From NCBI GenBank assembly GCA_964016885.1, contig OZ024747.1:88474001-88538000 (forward strand): a DNA stretch of 64,000 nt. Direction: 5' to 3'. Position 1 is the first letter of the stretch; each line of letters starts with the position of its first letter. The translations under genes and the position numbers were made by a program. This DNA is from Eledone cirrhosa. Lineage: Eukaryota. Below the pieces are notes generated by a model that saw nothing but the letters and a program-made list of their open reading frames with translations, was not told where the DNA came from and did no database searches. Shown here one piece after another: positions 59,745-64,000 of the stretch.

Positions 59745-59885
59745 TAGCAATTGGAGCCAGAAGTCCTCGACCGCGGAGACGGCAAGCGCCCCGACGGAAT
59801 TACCCTCTTCCCATTCGAAGGAGGTATATCCCTCATCTGGGACACCACATGCTGTAACACATTCTCCGCCTCCAACTTAGTCTCT
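59745..59885 (+). pseudogene. REL endonuclease fragment of a CRE/NeSL-like non-LTR element
   Basis: EPEVLDRGDGKRPDGITLFPFEGGISLIWDTTCCNTF. Confidence 0.75.
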
Positions 59886-60349
59886 TTAGCCACAAACCCC
59901 AGTAAAACGGTCCTTCCCTTCATTTTCCGGTTTTTAAACATCTGTAGTGTTTTTGTTGTTTGAAATAGATTTGATTACTAAAACAGATTTGATAATTCAG
60001 GCTGTAAAATTAAAGTTTCAAACTGTTTATTGACCATGTAGTTATTTTCTTAGTAATGAAATAATTTTAGTAAATCCATCAAAATTATTCATTAATTAAT
60101 TGAAATACAGGGTTCCTATTTAAATTAAAATCTTCCAACATAATTTTATATCAGAACCTTATATTAAGTTACTACCTTAATAATGAAATAATTAATAACA
60201 ATTGAAAGTGAAGCTAAGAGAAACAAATGATAAAATGTCAAACATCAACTATACAGTAGAGCTTGACGTTTGAAGATCTTTGAGATCCTTAGATATCAAT
60301 TATTCATTCGTGTGGGCAAGTAGGTTAAATCGATATCTTATTGCTGTTA

Positions 60350-60606
60350 GACCTCCATCGCTTGTTTCAATTGAATTTAACATGTAATGCAGATACGTGT
60401 ACCCATAATGTAGTTCTCGGGGAGATTCAACATGACGCAGGTGTGACATAGCTGCACCTTTGAATTACAAATACAACTCATTTTTTGCAAACTGAGAGGG
60501 CGAGAAGAATCTTATTTAAGAAAACAGCGTGTCACCCAGAACAGAAATCGAACTCACAACCCTACAATAGTGACTCCAACAACCTAACCACTAAGCTACG
60601 TGCTTC
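60350..60606 (-). mobile_element. SINE family A, decayed
   Basis: Reverse complement GCACGTAGCTTAGTGGTTAGG..GAGTTCGATTTC. Confidence 0.65.
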
Positions 60607-60878
60607 AAATGATATCTGATAATGAGATAAATAGTATGCGCAACTGCGTTGTGCTTTTATCAATATAAACTCTATATCGGATAAACCGGATGAAATATCA
60701 GTTAAGAGATTAATTGTCAAAGGGTCATCCGCCATCATCTTTTAATATCAGTATTGTAGGGGCTTATATACCGGATTTTCTTGGTGGCTGCACACACACA
60801 CACATATATGTGTGTCGTGTCCTTATGTTGCGTCTGTCTTCCGTGTTTTCACCCACGTTTCTTAATTATATATATATA

Positions 60879-61616
60879 TTTTTTTTAGCCGTTGCTCGCA
60901 CCAACCGGAGGTATATGGTCTTTAAAGCGATGAAATACCAATGATGGTTGGAAGATCACTGATGAAGGACTAACTTTATTCATATGTAACCCATTAGCAA
61001 CCACGCAGCACGTTTATTCTCATATTTACACATATTTTTTTCCCCGCTATGACCCGTCTATTTCGTTCTTACTGCTTCCTCTTTCTCTGTATCTTTACCC
61101 TCTCTAGCAGTCACTCTCTCTGTTAGCCTCTTCCTCACCCTTCAGTCACTCATTCTCTGTTACTACCACTCCTCCTCCTCCTTCTTCCCGTTTGACCTGT
61201 GCGTAATTCTTTTCTTTCGCACCCTTGGTCAGGCAGGTCGCTTTTTTTCTCTCTCTCGTCTACGATTTCACAGAACTTACGTTCACCGAATTCACAGACT
61301 AGATCCCTTCTTCCTCCCGTTAGACCTGTACGGAATTCCTTCCTTGCTCACATTCCGACCAGGTTTGATGGTCTTTATTCTCTCTCGTTCACGATTTCAC
61401 CGAATTTATATTCATGGAAATTTGGGACTTGACTCCTTCTTCCTCACTTTTCGTTGCTTCACCATCTTTGTTTGTTTACACTCTCGCGTCCCCTTTATTT
61501 ACGTGGCCCAACGATTTTTTTTAGCCGTTGCTCGCACCAACCGGAGGTATATGGTCTTTAAAGCGATGAAATACCAATGATGGTTGGAAGATCACTGATG
61601 AAGGACTAAATTTATT

Positions 61617-61619
<3 letters not shown>
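60879..61619 (+). mobile_element. Non-coding element with about 100-bp terminal direct repeats
   Basis: 60879-60981 and 61514-61618 nearly identical; each has CTGATGAAGGACTA near its end; inserted in a TA run. Confidence 0.65.
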
Positions 61620-61673
<54 letters not shown>

Positions 61674-61791
61674 TATATATATATGAATATTCTATATAGA
61701 AAAATACTGTTTCAAACAAGTGTATATAATAACATATCTTATAGTTTAAACAGTATATTCCGGATTTGCTTGGTGGCTACGTTCACACGCA

Positions 61792-61885
<94 letters not shown>

Positions 61886-62474
61886 CGCATACAGTAAAGA
61901 TATTAAATTCATAAATATTTAGCTCGCTTCATAATATAATTATGAATGATAATAAGAAATTTATTTTCTGTCCCATGATATGAGATACTGAGGCAATTGT
62001 TCTCAGATTACACTGTGTACATCACAACAACTTTCATGATATCATGATATATATAGAGCGTATAGCGGGATAATACAAGAGGCGAAAATAAGAAATTTAT
62101 ATATATGTATATTCCTTCTACTTCTTCACACAATACGTCAGCTAAATAACCTCTTAATTCGTTTACTATTCTAATAAATTCACACCTCCGGTCCCTTCTT
62201 CTTTCCATCTATTTTCCATCCTCTAATTATATAAGACATTCTTTCACACTCCACTCTAATAGACACTATGAAGTAGTAGAAATGGTAGATAAAAAATGAA
62301 ATAAATAAGAAAAGAAATAAGAGAAAAAAGCAGAAAAAGAAAACAGTAGCAGTAGAATAAAATACGTATAATGTTCATGATGATGACGAAAAATAATACT
62401 TAATCTTCGAAAACGTTTGCCATATCATTCCTCGTAGATTTGAAATGTGTGTATGTGTGTGCATGTGAGTGTGC

Positions 62475-62563
<89 letters not shown>

Positions 62564-63019
62564 TACATAGATTTATAAAAGAACGTATGACCACAAGGGA
62601 ATTCTTCAGGCCTGTTATTCTTATGAAAGGAGAATACTAAAAACCGAGAGTTGGCTACGCCTTGAACAGATGTATATTTATATCATCAGACTGCTAGTAG
62701 TACAGGTGGGATTAAAAGAAATATCAAGGGATATTTCTGTTGTTCTAATTAAGCAGAGATACATTTTAGATACTAAGGAATTTTTTAAGCCGTTCACTAT
62801 TCTTTTGTATTAGTAAATTCAAGAGTCCCTTTAAGTGATTACAACAACTGTTAGGAATATCAACCAGATTTCTTTCTGATCATATATTCATCATCATTAT
62901 GGGCTTATAACTTCTGATGGGTTCTTAGGAGCGTCGTCGTGACATTCGTCTTGAGCCTAGGACAGCTCATCCATACAGCCGACTTCTTCCAGTGAAAGAG
63001 AGATGGGAGGGAAAGAAAT

Positions 63020-63420
63020 ATAGAGAACGAATCAACCCCAGTACTGGATTGGTACTTTATCTACCTCGAAAGGATGAAAGGTAAAATTGACCTCTGCTAG
63101 ATTTGAACTCAGAGTGCAGAGATCAGAAACGAATACTATGAATCATTTTATCTGACGACCTAACAACTCCAATTCGCTGCCATACTAAATCATACACTGC
63201 CATCTTCAATTCATCAATCCGAATCAACTTCAATCTTTACGGATTCAATAGAATTACCAGTCCTGAGAGATGAATTTCGGCTTCAAATCCCATTGTTGCT
63301 TACTTTGGTGGTAAAATTAATTCGTCAACCAGTATAACATGTAATCTTTCTTTGGCACAGGCGAATAAGTACCTGTCGTGTACTGAAATTAGTTAATTGA
63401 TCACCCCCCTCCCCCCATAA
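63020..63420. mobile_element. Two decayed SINE family B copies, head to head
   Basis: AAGGATGAAAGGTAAAATTGACC..TTTGAACTCAG (minus) and AATAAGTACCTGT (plus). Confidence 0.55.
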
Positions 63421-64000
63421 ACACAGTGTCTTAATTTTTGTCAATTTTTAATGTGCAGTTTCGAAAATAAATGTCTTTAAAGAAAGGTTCCTTAATATTG
63501 GTTACCAGTGATAAAGATAAGCATTAATATTTATTTATTATATCCACTACTACAATATCTTTGGATAATTCTGAATTAATGCTAGCTATTATTAGATGTA
63601 TAGCCTTGATTTGAAAGGAAAGGGAAAGCGAAAGGAAATGGCAGTTACATTTCTGAAAAGGATTAAATAAAATAAACTAGCTGGTAACAAGATTTATAAT
63701 CAGATTGCACACACAATTTACTTAAAATTCCCTCCATAATCTATAAAGAATCTTTACAATTTATCAACGTAAATATTAAAGATAGATGAAGGAAGAATGA
63801 CACTAAATTCTCATTGAGCCAATACACTTAGGTCTAAATGTAGATAGAAACATGTAGATAGCAATGAAGGAATGATGTATGCCCTTAACATATCGATAAT
63901 TAATTAAAGAAATAAATAAATAAAACAAAAATACCTACCTCAAATATTTCAATAATTAATTAAATGAATAAATACTAAATAATAAAATAGAGTACCTATA

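Noticed and set aside
60915-60975. Permuted (type II) hammerhead reading of the direct repeat
   Set aside because: No consistent stem III or stem I, and GAAA is not adjacent to a matching stem II

Overview
Eukaryotic, AT-rich, repeat-dominated DNA. The SINE families and huge (TA)n/(CA)n tracts suggest an octopus/coleoid cephalopod genome (inference). I recognise no intact host gene; almost all long ORFs in the track are microsatellite artefacts. Contents: long compound microsatellites, two tRNA-derived SINE families, an internally deleted Tx1/L1-type LINE (ORF1 plus truncated APE), fragments of RTE, R4/Dong-like, CRE-like and CR1-like LINEs, mariner/Tc1/pogo/hAT relics, and a 1.5-kb foldback element with 691-bp arms. 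The most striking signal is a dense set of short, sequence-diverse, non-coding modules inserted into (TA)n tracts. They are built as 'inverted copy + copy + unique tail' and carry type-I hammerhead ribozyme motifs (about 6 near-complete, roughly 10 degenerate or half), as expected for Penelope-like element termini; two fold back at hammerhead stem II. (TA)n tracts also appear to template inverted duplication of flanking DNA. Repeat boundaries are read by eye and approximate unless stated.
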